From: Balanoglossus misakiensis | Taxonomy: Eukaryota; Animalia; Hemichordata | Assembly: GCA_040954595.2 (NCBI GenBank) | Contig: CM082598.2 | Span: forward strand, 2,542,001 to 2,606,000 | Reading direction: 5' to 3' | DNA length: 64,000 nucleotides | In this document: positions 12,804 to 31,436 of the stretch, piece by piece | Numbering within the stretch: position 1 is the first letter of the stretch | How the letters are laid out: each line of letters starts with the position of its first letter | The notes under the pieces: model-generated | Database searches by the model: none | What the model was told of the DNA's origin: nothing | Seen by the model: the letters and a program-made list of their open reading frames with translations, nothing else | Made by a program: the position numbers and the translations under genes

Positions 12804-13500
12804 CTCAATCCACTATCAGTTAAGCAGAGTACAACTTCACACACCTCTGGAGAACCGAAGTTCCTCAGTTGACTGTCCAGGTCTTCCTGCAACAGCCACA
12901 GAGATCAGTAATTCCCTCAAACCGATAGTGGTTGTATATTTTGAAATATGCCAGAATAATTTACATGAGGTTTACTGTATACTGTTTATCCTAACTAATT
13001 TTTAAACCTAGCTAACTGAGTGTTTTCAAGTTTGTCAAGTTTTGCGCTTTTTCAAAGGTAATAAAATAGTCTTACATTTAAAATTCAAAATGGCCGCCAA
13101 ATTTAGTGGTGGTGAAAAATTTTGTTTGCCAAACAATTGCATTGCAAATTTACAAACGAAATAGTTGCTCAATCCACTATCAGTTAAGCAGAGTACAACT
13201 ACACACACCTCTGGAGAACCGAAGTTCCTCAATTGACTGTCCAGGTCTTCCTGCAACAGCCACAGAGATCAGTAATTCCCTCAAATAAAGCGATAGTGGT
13301 TGCATGGAGATATAACATTTCCAGCAATTTCATTACAATTTGCCTGAATAATTTACATAAGGTTTACTATATACTGTCTATGCTAACTTATTTTCAAAGC
13401 TATCTAACTGGTTCTTCTCAAGTTTGTCAAATTTTGTGATTTTGCAATGCTAGTAAAATTGTCTCAAATTTAAAATTCAAAATGGCCGCCACATTTAGTA
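12804..13500 (+). repeat. Local direct duplication (~300-365 bp x2)
   Basis: CTCAATCCACTATCAGTTAAGCAGAGTACAACT...CTGCAACAGCCACAGAGATCAGTAATTCCCTCAAA at ~12804 and ~13168; both copies end in AAATTCAAAATGGCCGCC. Confidence 0.8.
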
Positions 13501-14060
13501 GTATGGTGTTTCATCATAGACCAAAGCCCCAATAAATTTAGGAAAATTCATTTTTTTTTAAATCTAGTTTGCCAAACAATTGCATTGCAAATTTCCAAAC
13601 GAAATGGTTACTTGATTTTTTTGTACTTTTTCAACTGATTTGCCTATTGTTGGTACTGACAATGTCATTTGGTTAAATTCTAATCTAACATCTGAATTCT
13701 AATCTAACATCCTTGATGATCGTGCACACCAAATACAAAGATCTTTTGATTTTTCCTAAAATTCTTGCTTAGACATACAGAAAGGGAAATGATGGACTCA
13801 AATCAGAAATGTACTGTGAGCTTCGTGTCAATTGTTCATTAAAAATTTGTAATAGTTTGATATTGCAGTGTATCATATCTGTTACAATTTGTACTTCAAG
13901 GTATTTTTAAGGTTGGTCACAGTAAAACGTGAATTGTTAATTTGTTGAAATTTGATAATAAATGTGAACATTTTCTTTTCTTTTAGTACAACATTAATTG
14001 CGAAGTTTTGTTTGTTTGTTTTTCTGATTTAGAGAATGTCATAGGGCTGGGGGATATTAA

Positions 14061-14892
14061 GTAGTATGCACCTTGAGAATACAGGTCTTATACTGAAACA
14101 GGTTTTGTAAATTAAGATTATTTTCTCCCAATATGAAGAATTAAAATTAGGGGTCACTATGCATAATTTTAAATGCTAGTAAAATTGTCTCAAATTTAAA
14201 ATTCAAAATGGCTGCCAAATTTAAAGTAGTTTTTAATGAAAACAATATAGTGAAACACAGGTTTGTTAACTTCAGATTATTTTCTCTCAAGATCGACTAT
14301 AAAAATTAGGGGTCACTATGCATAATTTTGAATGCTAGTAAAATTGTCTCAAATTTAAAGTAGTGATTTTAATGAAAACAAGACAATGAAACAGGTTTGG
14401 CAACTTCAGATTATTTTCTCTCAAGATCAAGAATAAAAATTAAGGTTACTATATGGGAATTTTGAATGCTAGTAAAATTTAAAATGGCCGCCAAATTTAA
14501 TATTCAAAATGGCTGCCAAGTTTAAAATTCAAAATGGCTGCCAAATTTAAAGTAGTGATTTTAATGAAAACGAGACAGTGAAACATGTTTGGCAACTTCA
14601 GATTATTGTCTCTCAAGATCAAGAATAAAAATTAAGGTTACTATACATAATTTTGAATGCTAGTAAAATTGTCTCAAATTCAAAATGGCCGCCAAATTTA
14701 ATATTCAAAATGGCTGCCAAGTTTAAAATTCAAAATGGCTGCCAAATTTAAAGTAGTGGTGAATGAAAACAAGATAGTGAAACAGTTTTCATTGTTTTTT
14801 ATAAATAAAAGGCTACTATTTATTAAATATAGCGAAAAACTGAAAGGTTTAGAGGATAATTATTTTTCTGAAATGTCAGAGGTGCATACTAC
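14061..14892. mobile_element. Non-autonomous DNA transposon with 13-bp TIRs (possibly Kolobok-like), internally repetitive
   Basis: GTAGTATGCACCT (14061-14073, preceded by TTAA) and AGGTGCATACTAC (14880-14892); interior has many TTCAAAATGGCYGCC motifs. The right-hand TSD is not intact. Confidence 0.65.
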
Positions 14893-15576
14893 CGTACAAA
14901 CTTAGGGTCTAAAAGCAATTTGACCAGTAATATCAGGGTTTGGATTTTGACTATTTTCAAAATTAGGGGTCACTATGCTTAATTTTGACTGCTAGTAAAA
15001 TTATTTTCAATTTTTTTCCTGCTGATTTGCGTATAATTGGTGGCAACAACTTCACAAGGATGTAACCCTATAGTGTACTTTTGCACTTTCTAAACTAAAT
15101 TAATCCTTTCCTAAACACACACACGCACACACACACACACAACAACGTCGAAGCACCACATAAAAGTATTTCTATTCAATATTTATTTTATTGATAACTT
15201 CCTACCATTAAAGGGACGAAATCGCTCTCTGTTAACCTTTTTTAGTCAATTTTGTGTTAAACAAACATTTGATCATTCAGCAAAAGAATTAAAATTTTGA
15301 CACTTGAAATTATGAATCATTGTTATAGTACAGTTTTTGCAAAAAATTCATGTATTTTTGATAGAAATCACAGAAGGGTAAAAAAAGAGCGACTTTGTTC
15401 CTTTAAAGGTGGCACCAAAAGTTTTTCCTTTGTCACTGCGATATTTTTGGTTGTCTGCGGACAAACCTCCAATCTGCTTCGATGAACAGGCAACGAGACT
15501 AAATTGTACTAGCTAATCTCATGGCAAGACAATAATATATTTCGCGACGTCATATGCATCCAGTTCAAATTCACCT

Positions 15577-16186
15577 TCATCTCAACAGGTCACTGTCATT
15601 TGCTTTTAGAAGGACTTGTCCTGAGCAACTTTTTTGACGTCGCCCTGTAAAAATTGATGATGGACAACTGCCCCAATGTACATAATAAAAACATCTAGTA
15701 AATCAACAATTACATGAACAACACGATTGTCTGCCATCAATGCATCTGACTGACTGAATCCTAGCGAGTAAGTGAAATGAGTGACGTACCTTCACTGCTC
15801 CATCGAAGACCAGTTCTCATGTCACCATACCAAAATTCACACTCAGTTGGAATTGGTGAAGTGTTGCATCCACAAGCTTGAAATAAAATAAAAGTACATG
15901 TGATTAAATTCATGTAGAAAAATAAACTACTAAAATGACACAAATGAAGTAAATTTTGAATTTGAAACTTTCCAGTGACTCAAAGTTGGACAAAAGGGGT
16001 TTAGCCACTGGCAAAAAATAAACAACAAGCAAAACCATATGTGCTTTCAGAAAAGTCCCCCCCCCCCCCAACAACAACAACAAAGGAAGCATGAAGAAGG
16101 TTTCTAGAAAATTCTCCTGGACTTTCCAACATGGGTTCTCCTTACAGAGAAAAATAAAGCCATGACTTACCTTCTAAAGGTGACAT
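15577..16186 (-). CDS. Possible three-exon small ORF (56 aa) or spliced non-coding RNA
   Basis: Exons 16186-16171, 15876-15790, 15644-15577 with donors AAG|GTAAGT and AAG|GTACGT and pyrimidine-rich acceptors. Peptide MSPLEACGCNTSPIPTECEFWYGDMRTGLRWSSEGRRQKSCSGQVLLKANDSDLLR. No family recognised. Confidence 0.3.
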
Positions 16187-16516
16187 CTTCAGGAACAGGA
16201 AACTCCATTGTGGAAGACAGAAAGGGCAAATTTAGTTTTTTTACTGGGAAATTCAGAGCAAACGTGGACATGAAAAAAACACAACCACCAAAGATGGCCG
16301 CCTCCAATGGTCTGATGAGGCATTATTCATAATTTTTTGGGTGTCTATTGTTAAACAAATTTGGCCTGGAAAGCCTGACCATTCAGAGACTGTTGATAGG
16401 AAATTTAGCATGAGATGATTTACATGTGTATGGCAATGGAAAGCCAACACACCAGCTGTACATTCATGCGAGAGATAGCTAGCCAATCAGGGACTTGCAT
16501 TTTTTAAAAGGGAGCT

Positions 16517-16605
16517 CCTTTTCACCACAATGGTTTGGTCCAAGTCCATTGTTTTCTATAGTGAAGTTGGGCCTCTGTACAGGGAACTGAGGGTGAAACG
16601 GTTAA
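16517..16605 (+). mobile_element. MITE family A copy
   Basis: CCTTTTCACCACAATGGTTTGGTCCAAGTCCATTGTTTTCTATAGTGAAGTTGG...GTGAAACGG-TTAA. Confidence 0.7.
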
Positions 16606-18271
16606 ATCTTCAATGCACCCCCCAACTGTCAATCAGATCTCCACATATAGGCAAGACACAGAATTTACTCACATGGATTGCAATTTTCATGAGCAACTTC
16701 AACAATAGCGCCCTCTACATGACCCCCTTGACTAAAGGGGCAAAGTTACTCACTTCTGTCATTCAAAGGCAGATCTTTAATAAAGACCACAACAGAGAGA
16801 AACAAACACAGAAATGGTGTTTTTCAATATATCTGTAATTACCATATGCAGGAAATAGTTGCATACAGACATCTTATTGGACGGTAAATAAACTCAGCCA
16901 ATGAAATTGCTCTATACACTCGAATGTGTATACAAAACCAGCACAGAACTTGTGAGTAGCCCCAGATTGACCCTTTTAAAACAGCAAGCTGCAGAAAAAA
17001 TACAAACACTTAATAAACATGAATTGGAAGATGTTCACTTTCTTGAGTTTTCATTAAATATATACAGAATATTTCTCCAAAATCCACATCTATGTTGAGC
17101 TGATAATATTTAAAGTCTCTTTTTAAAAGCAGTGATCGAGGAAGCAAAGTGATAAAATGAACAGAATTAAAAAAGTTATCAGCTGTGATGAAAATTCGAT
17201 AAGTGCTTTTACTGTTCTGATGTGCGAGAGTATAAGAATTAGACAAGTTGGAACTCTCACTATCAGATAAAGAGTAATTTTGTCACACAACACAGATATT
17301 TTTGTAAAAGCCATAACAACATCGCAAGACCAAGTTAATTAATCTGATAAATAGAAAACCTGTAAGGGAGTTTTAAGTTACAGTTCTGATTTCATTAGAC
17401 TATATTTTCGATGAAATTTAAAACCTTGGGGAAACAAGTCTTTTGTATGACTTCAATATCACATTGTTTAAATATTCGGACAATGTGCATAATTTGGAAT
17501 CATAAATATTGACATATAAATTTAAACTTACGTAAATTTAAACACCAGACTGACATAACACAAGTTACATAGTTGTAACATGCAAAACTGGCTGTGTGTA
17601 TACATGTAAGGTAGCATACAGTAGTGGCTACTTGCAAAAGTTTTGATGCAAAATATTACACTGGGTTTTAAAATGTTAACAGCATCAAAACAATTTGTGT
17701 GATGATTTTCCTTATTGGATTTGCCAAATCATTGTGTGCTTTTAATGGAAGAATATTCGAAAAGCTTTTAGTATTTGCATGCTGATGATAAATATATTTT
17801 AGCTGCATGAGAGAAGTAAAGAAGTGAATTCAAAAACACTATATCGAAACAGGTGAATTTTCTACAAACTTGTGAATTCTGCTGTTTTGTTCTGAATTAA
17901 AGTAAATGCCAAAGAAATTATGTTACTCGAAAAGATGTAAATCCAGCGTGTGATATTTTATGGAAATTTAACTGTGATAATTCTTGTGTTCAATGCATTT
18001 GATGTGCATGAAATCTTCGTGAAAAGGACGGTTCCTAGTTTCGGACGGACTACTCTATTGCTATCAAGTTTTGTTTTTTCAAAATACAGTTTTGCATAAC
18101 GCGGTATTCCAGTTAGATTAGCCAATTATTCGAATGAGTTGTGACAACTGGGAATTCTTTAGGAATGTATAGGATTAGCACAAGCAAGAAGAGAGAACTT
18201 TGGTTCGATTTCTTTGCTAATGTCTAAACACACATGACGTTTCAAAGCAAGGGTGACAATCTATAATGATA

Positions 18272-18426
18272 CAGTCAAACCTGTGTTAGTGGTCACCTCT
18301 ATATAATATACCGGTAGTGGCCACTTTGTTACAGTCCCTGTGCATAAACATGTACATTAACTGACCTGTCTATGAAGGCCAGTTTAGGAAAGTCCCTTGA
18401 CTGGCCATTATTGACAGGTCTGACTA
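18272..18426 (+). mobile_element. Tc1/mariner-type MITE, family B
   Basis: TA-CAGTCAAACCTGT...ACAGGTCTGACT; related copies at 43001-43160 and ~60092-60237, fragment at ~23269. Confidence 0.7.
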
Positions 18427-20076
18427 GTTCCAATCGGTGCAAATGTGTCCATGTGTTTTGGGAAAGTTAGAATTTAATGCTGTCACTGTACGGATGTATT
18501 TAAATTGATACATGTTACTCATGGCCACATTGACTGCTTGGTTCTAGTAACCTGCACCTCGATAAAAAAATCAGAAGAAATCAAAAACATTTAAAAAATT
18601 ATTATCATTTTCCAAGTGATGAATAGTACAATAGAGGGTTTCTATTTATGGTTGATTCATTTTGATTACTACAAGCTCATAAACTGATATCTGTTAGAAT
18701 CCTTTTTCACCACCATGTAATTTCCAAGCACCCTATTCTTGCAACTGGTTCTGAAAACTGAATGGTCCCACCATTTAAATCAGGGCACGGTCTGCTCACT
18801 CTATTAAGATAAAAGGGGTGGACTGCCATAATTTACTGGACGGTCAATGCAGCAACTTCGAATTTCAACATTTATACATTATCGGCAGGAATATTAACAC
18901 ACAGGATGACCTGTGTTTGTAAGAAAGAGAAATTTTGTGACTTACAGAAAGTTTTCCAGTGTGAGCAGCTTTGAACTTTTAAAGCCAGAAAAAACTGTGT
19001 CAAGTACTTTTACAACTTCTATTTGTACATCGCCAAGCAAGAAATTGCATAATTAAGTAATTATATTTGAACCTTTGCAGATATTAGACTATATCTAATG
19101 GAATGTAATGTGATGAGACAAAAGTTATTATTCTATATTTTAAAGGTACTATGTGGTCACCCCTATAAACTTAGTCATTTTCTGATAAGCTTGGCGATCA
19201 GTTTTTCAACTTATTTATAAACAATTTATCTAGATCTTTCATTTTTTGGTCAGCTGGCTGGCTTTATGGATGGGTGAATTTTAAACACAGTGAATCAATA
19301 GAATATTAGAATTAGCAACAGCTTGCCAATACATTTCTGTCCTTGTCTTTAAAACATATCCATATAATAATCAAAGAAAATAACACTTCTTTTCGTAATA
19401 TTGACAAGACTGGTTCAGACCTAAACACAACTTCTAAAACGAGACCTGTGCAATAAACCAACAAAAAAGAGCCTTGGAAAATAAATGTTTTGCAAACTGA
19501 AAATAAAATGACAAAAAGTAACCATCAGACCTACTACACAAAGAATGGCAGTTTACAACATAACAAGACACCAATAGGTTACTTTCGTTGAATATCCGAG
19601 AAAAAAAAACTCAGCAAATAACACATTAAAATATTCTGTACACAAAAGGAAATAATTTTTTTACAGTCACAAAAAATGACCGATGCAACTTGAGATTCTT
19701 TTCAGTTATATCACTTCCAGGGTTGTCTTGAAAATAATATTGTTCAGTAGGTCTTAAAATATCTATTGAAAAATCGGCCATTAAACACACAAAAAAGGAA
19801 ATCTTGTCACCACTTGTAGTTTCACCATTCTGCCTGGCCAGACCCCTACCCCTTTTATCTACGTAGATTGGTCCATCCATCCAGCGTAAAGAACTGAACT
19901 TTCCAACGAATGACCATAAAAGAGTTACAAGTGATACTTTTGTTGAGGGATAGAATCCAACCCGGCTGACATGCAATGTATACATGGATGAGATTTAGTT
20001 TCCTGTGCAAAGGGCGTTGTACTGGGTCATTTTGCGACGATATATTAACTTCCGAGATTAAAACTGATGTCCTTTA

Positions 20077-24441
<4,365 letters not shown>

Positions 24442-27400
24442 TGTGTCAAAGGTTATAGGTCAGAGGTCGGCTACAGTGCGCATTAGTCTCACCAGACCTG
24501 TTAGAATCAAACAGAGAGAAAATATGGTACGTTTAGAATAGTGGCATTATCAATGACAAGTCAGTAACACTCTTCGAGGTTTTGCTTGTAAATCAACATG
24601 TACATTCAAAGTAGCAAATTACAGCAGACACACATTTCACATAAAATACACTTATATTCTGGTTTGTTCTTTGAAACAATTCCTCCATAGTCGACCTTTC
24701 ATTCTGATCACTGCATGTATGTCTGCATGTAACCCTGTTCATAGCCAATAATGGTAGAACCCAATATTGTTTCCCATGGCACAGTTGGAACCACACAACA
24801 CAGATAGGGATGAGTGAGAAACGCGTTCCCTGATATACACACAGAAACTTGTTTAACCATAACTTTCACACACTACATGTTCCACGTACGAGACTCCACA
24901 TCTCAAAGGCATGTATTATCACCATCTAGACGAGCAAACAAGAATTTTAAGAGCTTCGTAGATTCCATTGAACCTCGGACTGAAACCAGAATCAACAGGT
25001 CTCCAGCAAGCCAAGGTATTCAAAATGGCCGACGTGTCTCTGGTTTCAGATCACAAGTGACCAAAACAAAGATACGCAGCCTGTGCTTTGGTATGGTGCC
25101 GACGCTGGCTACCTACCCCCTACACAATACTGAAAACATAGACAAGAGGCCTACACAATGTATATCCCGACCCCTGAGAACAATTATCAAGATTCTAGAA
25201 TGATGTAGAAATGATATTTGACAACGTTTGTGAAGGAGGGAAGTGCCGTAGTTTTATTTTGAAACGATATCCGAGATAGGTCTCTTTGCCACACATACCA
25301 AAGTTCAGTGCTCGTTGATTTACAGTGTATACCGTACATGTACATGTAGTTCATTCGCTGGCTAGGTCAGTGATAGATTAACCGTTGTCAGCTGGTTAAA
25401 ACCAGTGCTGCTACTGGTACATATATGTACAACTGCACACAACTAACATTTGCATGCAACAACAGAATCGTAGCGGTCACATCACAGTGGTCATGGAAAA
25501 AACCTGTGTTGACACTACACACACTAGAGCATGAAGTCACTCCTTGTGTGTATTTTGCGATTGTACGTGTCTTGGAAAACGAATTGAATTCATTCCTGAA
25601 TAGCGTTGTTACATGTACAAACATGAAACAACATTAACCCCTGAATTAATCGGCAGAATCAAAACTGCCGGTCTTTGATCAGAATTGCATGGCAGTTCTC
25701 AATCGAAATCCAATCTACACACTCAAAAAAACTCGTCCATTCTTATAATTTGTATGCATTATTCACTCTGGTGTATTTACACCCCAGCGGGGTTGATTCC
25801 ATCAAACGTCTATCAAGTGTTCTATACTCACATTGCTGATAACTAGGTCAATACATTTATTCACATTTGTGACACGCAGGGTAAACAGTAGCTGGAATAA
25901 CGCTGCAATCAATACACAAACAGTGGCCTAATTACAGCTATCCCTAGATATGTATGTATTGTTTACACGTTTTCTACAGTACATACCAGAATTAAGTTTC
26001 CAAGTGGATCAGCTCTGGGCTAACCCAAGGCTGGCCCAGGTTTGCAAACTTAGCATCCCAATCATATGTTGCATGTCACAAGCTTTAGTACAATACATGT
26101 ACAGGCTACACCAGGTTGCATGTAAGATGTACAACAAGGTACATGAACAGTGGCAATCAGCTAGTACACACATCAGGGTAATCTGTTGTGAGCTCAGTGT
26201 TAGGTAATTGGAATAGATTTGATCTACACTGAAGGTACATGTACAAGGTTAGTGTAGATGGCTAGAAATACATGTACATGTAAGACACAACTGGGCTAAC
26301 ACCAGGTGTGTGGGGGCAAGGCAAATATTAATGAACTCCAACCTTCCTCATCAGCAGTACATTATCGAGGAACACAGAACTCAAACAGTCTGCATGTAGA
26401 CCACTTGACTTGATCCTTCGGAGATAACACAACAATTCACATGCCGGCATTATCCGGAACACTCGAAAAAACCCAAGCAATAAAAAAAAACAGGTGACAG
26501 TGACCTTCAGAGTAAAGAAGGTCACCGTACTAAAACTTCACAAGGTCCGACACCCTACTAACAACACCGGTTGTTGCCGTGGCAACCAGAACATTCTCAC
26601 ACTGTGAGAATAATTCACCTGACAGTATCAATTTAGGACAGACTAAATAGTACTTATACAATATACCCCTGGGGGCTCGATCTCTTCAAAGATGGGTTTT
26701 TTCTATTAATCATTGATGGACTAAATTCAATCTTGCAATTTATGGTCGACGGCCTCGCTGAAAAGAATCTCCTTCAAGACTTGCATCTCGTATTACTTCG
26801 CATAAAAAGAAGCTGAATTCTACATTGAGTAATGAAAGTCACAAATTGCACAGGTAGATGTATGTCACTGAAAAGTAATATAGTGTACACATGTACAAGT
26901 TTCCTTCAATTTTAGACGTTATATTTTGGCCATAAAAAGAGAGTCACCTTTTGGCATTATAAATTTTCAACGTTATTAAACCAATTTATGTTGTGTCTAA
27001 TGAAATGAACCTGGACTTCATGGGACTTGACTTCACTCCCACAATTTGGTTTAGCCCATCAGTTTTCAATGGCACAGACCGGCCCATATGCACAGAAATA
27101 GGGGTGACCAGGTTAAAGAATTTTGCACTTTGAGCCAAAAAGGGGTATTAAAAAGTTTGTACAAGTGTGCACTTTCAGAAATGTATTCTGCTTGGTCTTG
27201 TGGGACCATCGTAACCCATTAAAAAACATTTGGCATTTCAAATTGATTCTAATCTCTTCAGGAAACAGTAGCTTAATGCAGAATTGCTTTTAGAGTGCCG
27301 TGCTTTGTTGAACGTAAAGCTCGGGTAAGTACACAGTGAAAACTCATAATGCACTAATTATAGACTTGTACATAAATCGAATTCTGTCGCAAAACAAACT

Positions 27401-29478
27401 GCACAGAAAGTGTACGGCCAAAAGCAGCAAACATTAGACTTTACTTAGAGTGTCAACAGAGTTCATACCGGTATGTTCAAAGTCACTCAGAATTCCAGGA
27501 CTTCTTGGGAGTTTGTTCTGATATTTAACAGGATTTTTTAAAGTCAAAAATACGATTTGTGGCCTTTTTTCAAAGCGTGTGGGAGCCACATTAATCTGAT
27601 CAAAATCAGATGAAGGGTTGGCTCCATCTTTACATTTGCAGGTTCTTAGCTGTTCTGTTCTCGGATGAAGTGAGGCGGATATCTGAGAACAGAGCAGCCA
27701 AGAATCATACAAAGATATACATGTAGATCGAGTTTTAATACAACCACTGCCAGTATTTGTTAGGTGATCACAGGCAATTAGGAAGCAGAGGTGTAACTGC
27801 AGAGAAACGATTCTGAATGCATAATGACACACAACAACAGTTGACTACAAGAGAACGTGTGAATACAGGAGGCCTAACTTGTTAAACATTTAAACTTTAT
27901 TGATTGGTCAGCTGCTGCATTGATTAACATCAAGGTTCCACTCTGACCGTGAACAATGAACAATTACTCCGAAGATAAGGTTCCCTCATATTTTAGTTCC
28001 ATTTTCAATTATTGTTTTATTTTGGTGCATGTATATTTTTTCAAAGTTTTCCCCTCATTTTTGAGACGATAGGGAAGTCGTGAAAGAGGAGTTTGTCAAC
28101 ATTCCAGGGATGTAGACAATTTTTGTGACAGGTGGCCAAGTACAGTATACGTCCCGGTAGTTGGTTACAGGCAGTACACGTATGTGAGCGCACGTGCATG
28201 CATGTATGTTTTGTAGTTGACATCACAGGTGTATACAGGTCGGTGGGCTTGGCAATTGGGAAAGACAGCAGAAAACCTCTGATGAATGGAAACAGTTCTG
28301 CTTGATAGAATACACAGCAGTTGTTTCTGGATGAATGGAGATCTAGTAATTACATGTAAGGTCATGCAAATCGTTTGAATTCAATGTATGTGAATTTCAA
28401 TGTGTAATCAGACTACATACATGTACGGTACATACACTTAGAAAAGATTTTCAGCTGTGGAATTTAAAATACCAGTAAATATATGACAGTGAGATAGATG
28501 TGTTTTGTAACATGTGGTCAAGAGGAACTAACAGCCAGTCAAGGCACTTGAAATTTGCACATTAATATAATGTGTTACTACATGTATGGGGGTTTGGAAA
28601 CATTATAGACAGTTACATGCCGAGTTTTGGCAGGTGTTTTGATCAGTGACCAGTATTATCTACTTATGATAAAGTTCTGTATGACTCTTCTAGGGAACTG
28701 TTGTAATGTTTACACCATCGTCATGGAAATTGAACTGTTTACATCCTCGTCATGGTAAATATGCAAATTATGTATTGGCAGGTGCCCCTGCATTTCTGTT
28801 TCGTTAAGGAGAAACAAGTGATAACAAGTAATTTCCGACACGAACTTTGTTATTCAGTCTAAAGATTGGCGATAGCATGCAGAAATCTGTGCCTATAATC
28901 ATTCTCTCTAGGTCTGTGTCAATTGTGTGTTAATCAACATTCTGATACTGAAACAATTTGCACTGTTGTGTTGAATGTATGTCGCGCCACCATTTTTATG
29001 TACATTTGTACAGTTAGGCAAATATAATGGTGTTTGTTTGAGTGTGTGTGTGTGTGCATGGTACAAGCATGTTTCTGTATACGATTTCATATGTTGTATG
29101 TGTTATTGTCTGTCTTTGTATATGTCAACAGGTCTGTCAGCTTCTGCACAAGTAGATGAAAATGTGGTTGTATCTGTTCATGTACATGTATGTCTGTCAG
29201 GGTATATGCTTGCCTGTCTGTCTCCAAATGTTCATGAACTGTGTCTGTATGTCTGTACCATGTATATGTCAGGGTACATGTATATACATGTATGATTGTT
29301 TGTGTTTATATACACCTATCTTCTGTCATCTCTCATATCTCTCCCAACTTTGATCTGAGAACCAACTTTTTAAAAACCAATCACCCCACTTGATTCCCAG
29401 GTCAGATGTGTTCAATCATTACGCACGATTAGGTAAATTGTTTTCTTGTGATAGGTGATGCACCAATGCAATCATTAA

Positions 29479-31436
29479 AGAGCCTATCTTACCTCGAAAC
29501 ACACTTTTGAGGATAAATAATAATTGGGCTTGTGTGTTAAATGCTGGTGTCCTTTTACTTATTTCATGTGGATAAATAAATGTTAAATTTAAAAATGTTC
29601 AGGGCCTGAGAAAAAAGTTCTGTTTTGGCCACGCCCATTTCCGTGACGTCACAAGAGGAACCATTTACGTTTGCAACAGACTTAGCACTGTACATTGCAG
29701 TGGTTGAATTGCAACCATACATGCCTGTGATCTAAACGGCTTTGCTGTGTCAGCCTGGGTACAACTCTGTATCCCCCGTCCCCTTCAAAATAAACGTACA
29801 TATGTCTACCTTATCATCTAGGGGAGATGCGATTATGAAAAAAAAACTCGGCCCGGTTAGGCTACGGCTTCGCATTGCAAGCAGTACACAACATGCAATG
29901 GCAGCGGATGTGTATAGGCACCTTACACATACAATGATTGCTGCCTCGATTAAACCGTCGAATATTGCCCAGAGGCTTAGGTCTAGAGTGGTGGGACTAA
30001 ATCTACTTATCTTGGACAATGTCAACTTATTGATAACTGATCGTGGTCTTTTTGGCGATTTTCAATGACTGCCTTAACAGACAAAATACGCGTGTGTTAT
30101 TGTACAAGGTCAAGGGAACTCCATCAGCGCCGATCGGCAGTGATGACACATATCGCGCCGCGATGTATATTTACTACCAGCACTAAAATTCTGTCTTTTG
30201 AATTACATGTAAGCTATGCCTTTTTGGTGATGACAAACAGAAACATTTATGACTTGTCGCTGTAATCATGGAAGTACCTTGACATGCTTCATACTGCATT
30301 ATAACAAAATGAAACCATACAACCAACAGCAACAGGCGATCATGCCAGGCCGACCCACTCACGCTCACAAAGCATGAAACATTTTCATTGATACACACGA
30401 ATATCTAAGTTTGGAAACAGTTTTCACTCACACGAGGCAAAATTTATTCAACATATTTTGTTTCAAAATTTGTACAGTGTGTTTTGGAGCCGATGAGTCG
30501 GACATAGCGCGACGTAAAACTTGTAAACAAAGAAATTAGAAAAGAAAGATGGCGACCATTCAGCCGAAGCCATACAAAGGTACGACTGAAAAAAAACGTG
30601 AAATAGTAACGGTAATATTTTGAACGTTCAAGTTTTTACATCGATTGCTGTCAACCTTAATTATCGTAGTTTGCGGTCACTGGGTACCGGTTAGCCAGAC
30701 GGAAGCGTGAATAATAATAAACAATCTCAACATGATGTCGGCCAACGCAAAATTGTGTTTACGCATCCTGCCAGTTCACCTACTACATGTACTACTTGTC
30801 TACAGTACTGTGTAAATCGCGGTCGCTGGAACATTGTATGAACACCAATACCGGGCATAAACGATCTGTTGGTCGACCTCTCCTGCTGACAGGCTTCTAT
30901 TTTCCTGTATGGGTGGGGATTGTCTTCTCGTGATTCGAACCTGGCCGATTATCGTTCAACCATGGTTCAACGGTCATGCATTGACAGTTACGGCCGCGGC
31001 CGTCACCGGTGCCGCGCCGGCTTCATATCCACCGTACGATGTTGATGATCGTGGCATAGACTTTCATTCGTTTTTGTGGAACTCACACGGGTGACTCCCG
31101 TCTAGGTAATGTGTTGCTGCAACCACGGCAAACAACTCCTTTCCCCATTGTGGTATTACACAGAAAAGCACGAAAACACCGTATGACACCTGTGAGCATC
31201 GCTAAAGCTGGTCTACCTGACCGGTTCCTCTTGTGACGTCACGTCACGTGACCAAAATGCAGCAAATCTGAACTCGGACTTTTCAGGACGGGGTGGATTT
31301 TGAAGCATTTTATGAGAACAAAACAAATATTATAGAAATCGATACCCGAAAAATATTGTCACTTTTGGAAAATAGTATATTTCTTTTGAACATTTTTTAA
31401 CCTTCTGATAAGATTTAAAAAGGCAAGATATGCTCT
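29479..31436. mobile_element. ~1.96-kb non-autonomous Kolobok-like DNA transposon
   Basis: TTAA on both sides (29475-29478, 31437-31440). Imperfect TIR AGAGCCTATCTTACCT / AGGCAAGATATGCTCT. Perfect 20-bp subterminal inverted repeat GTGACGTCACAAGAGGAACC (29643-29662) / GGTTCCTCTTGTGACGTCAC (31223-31242). Confidence 0.8.
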
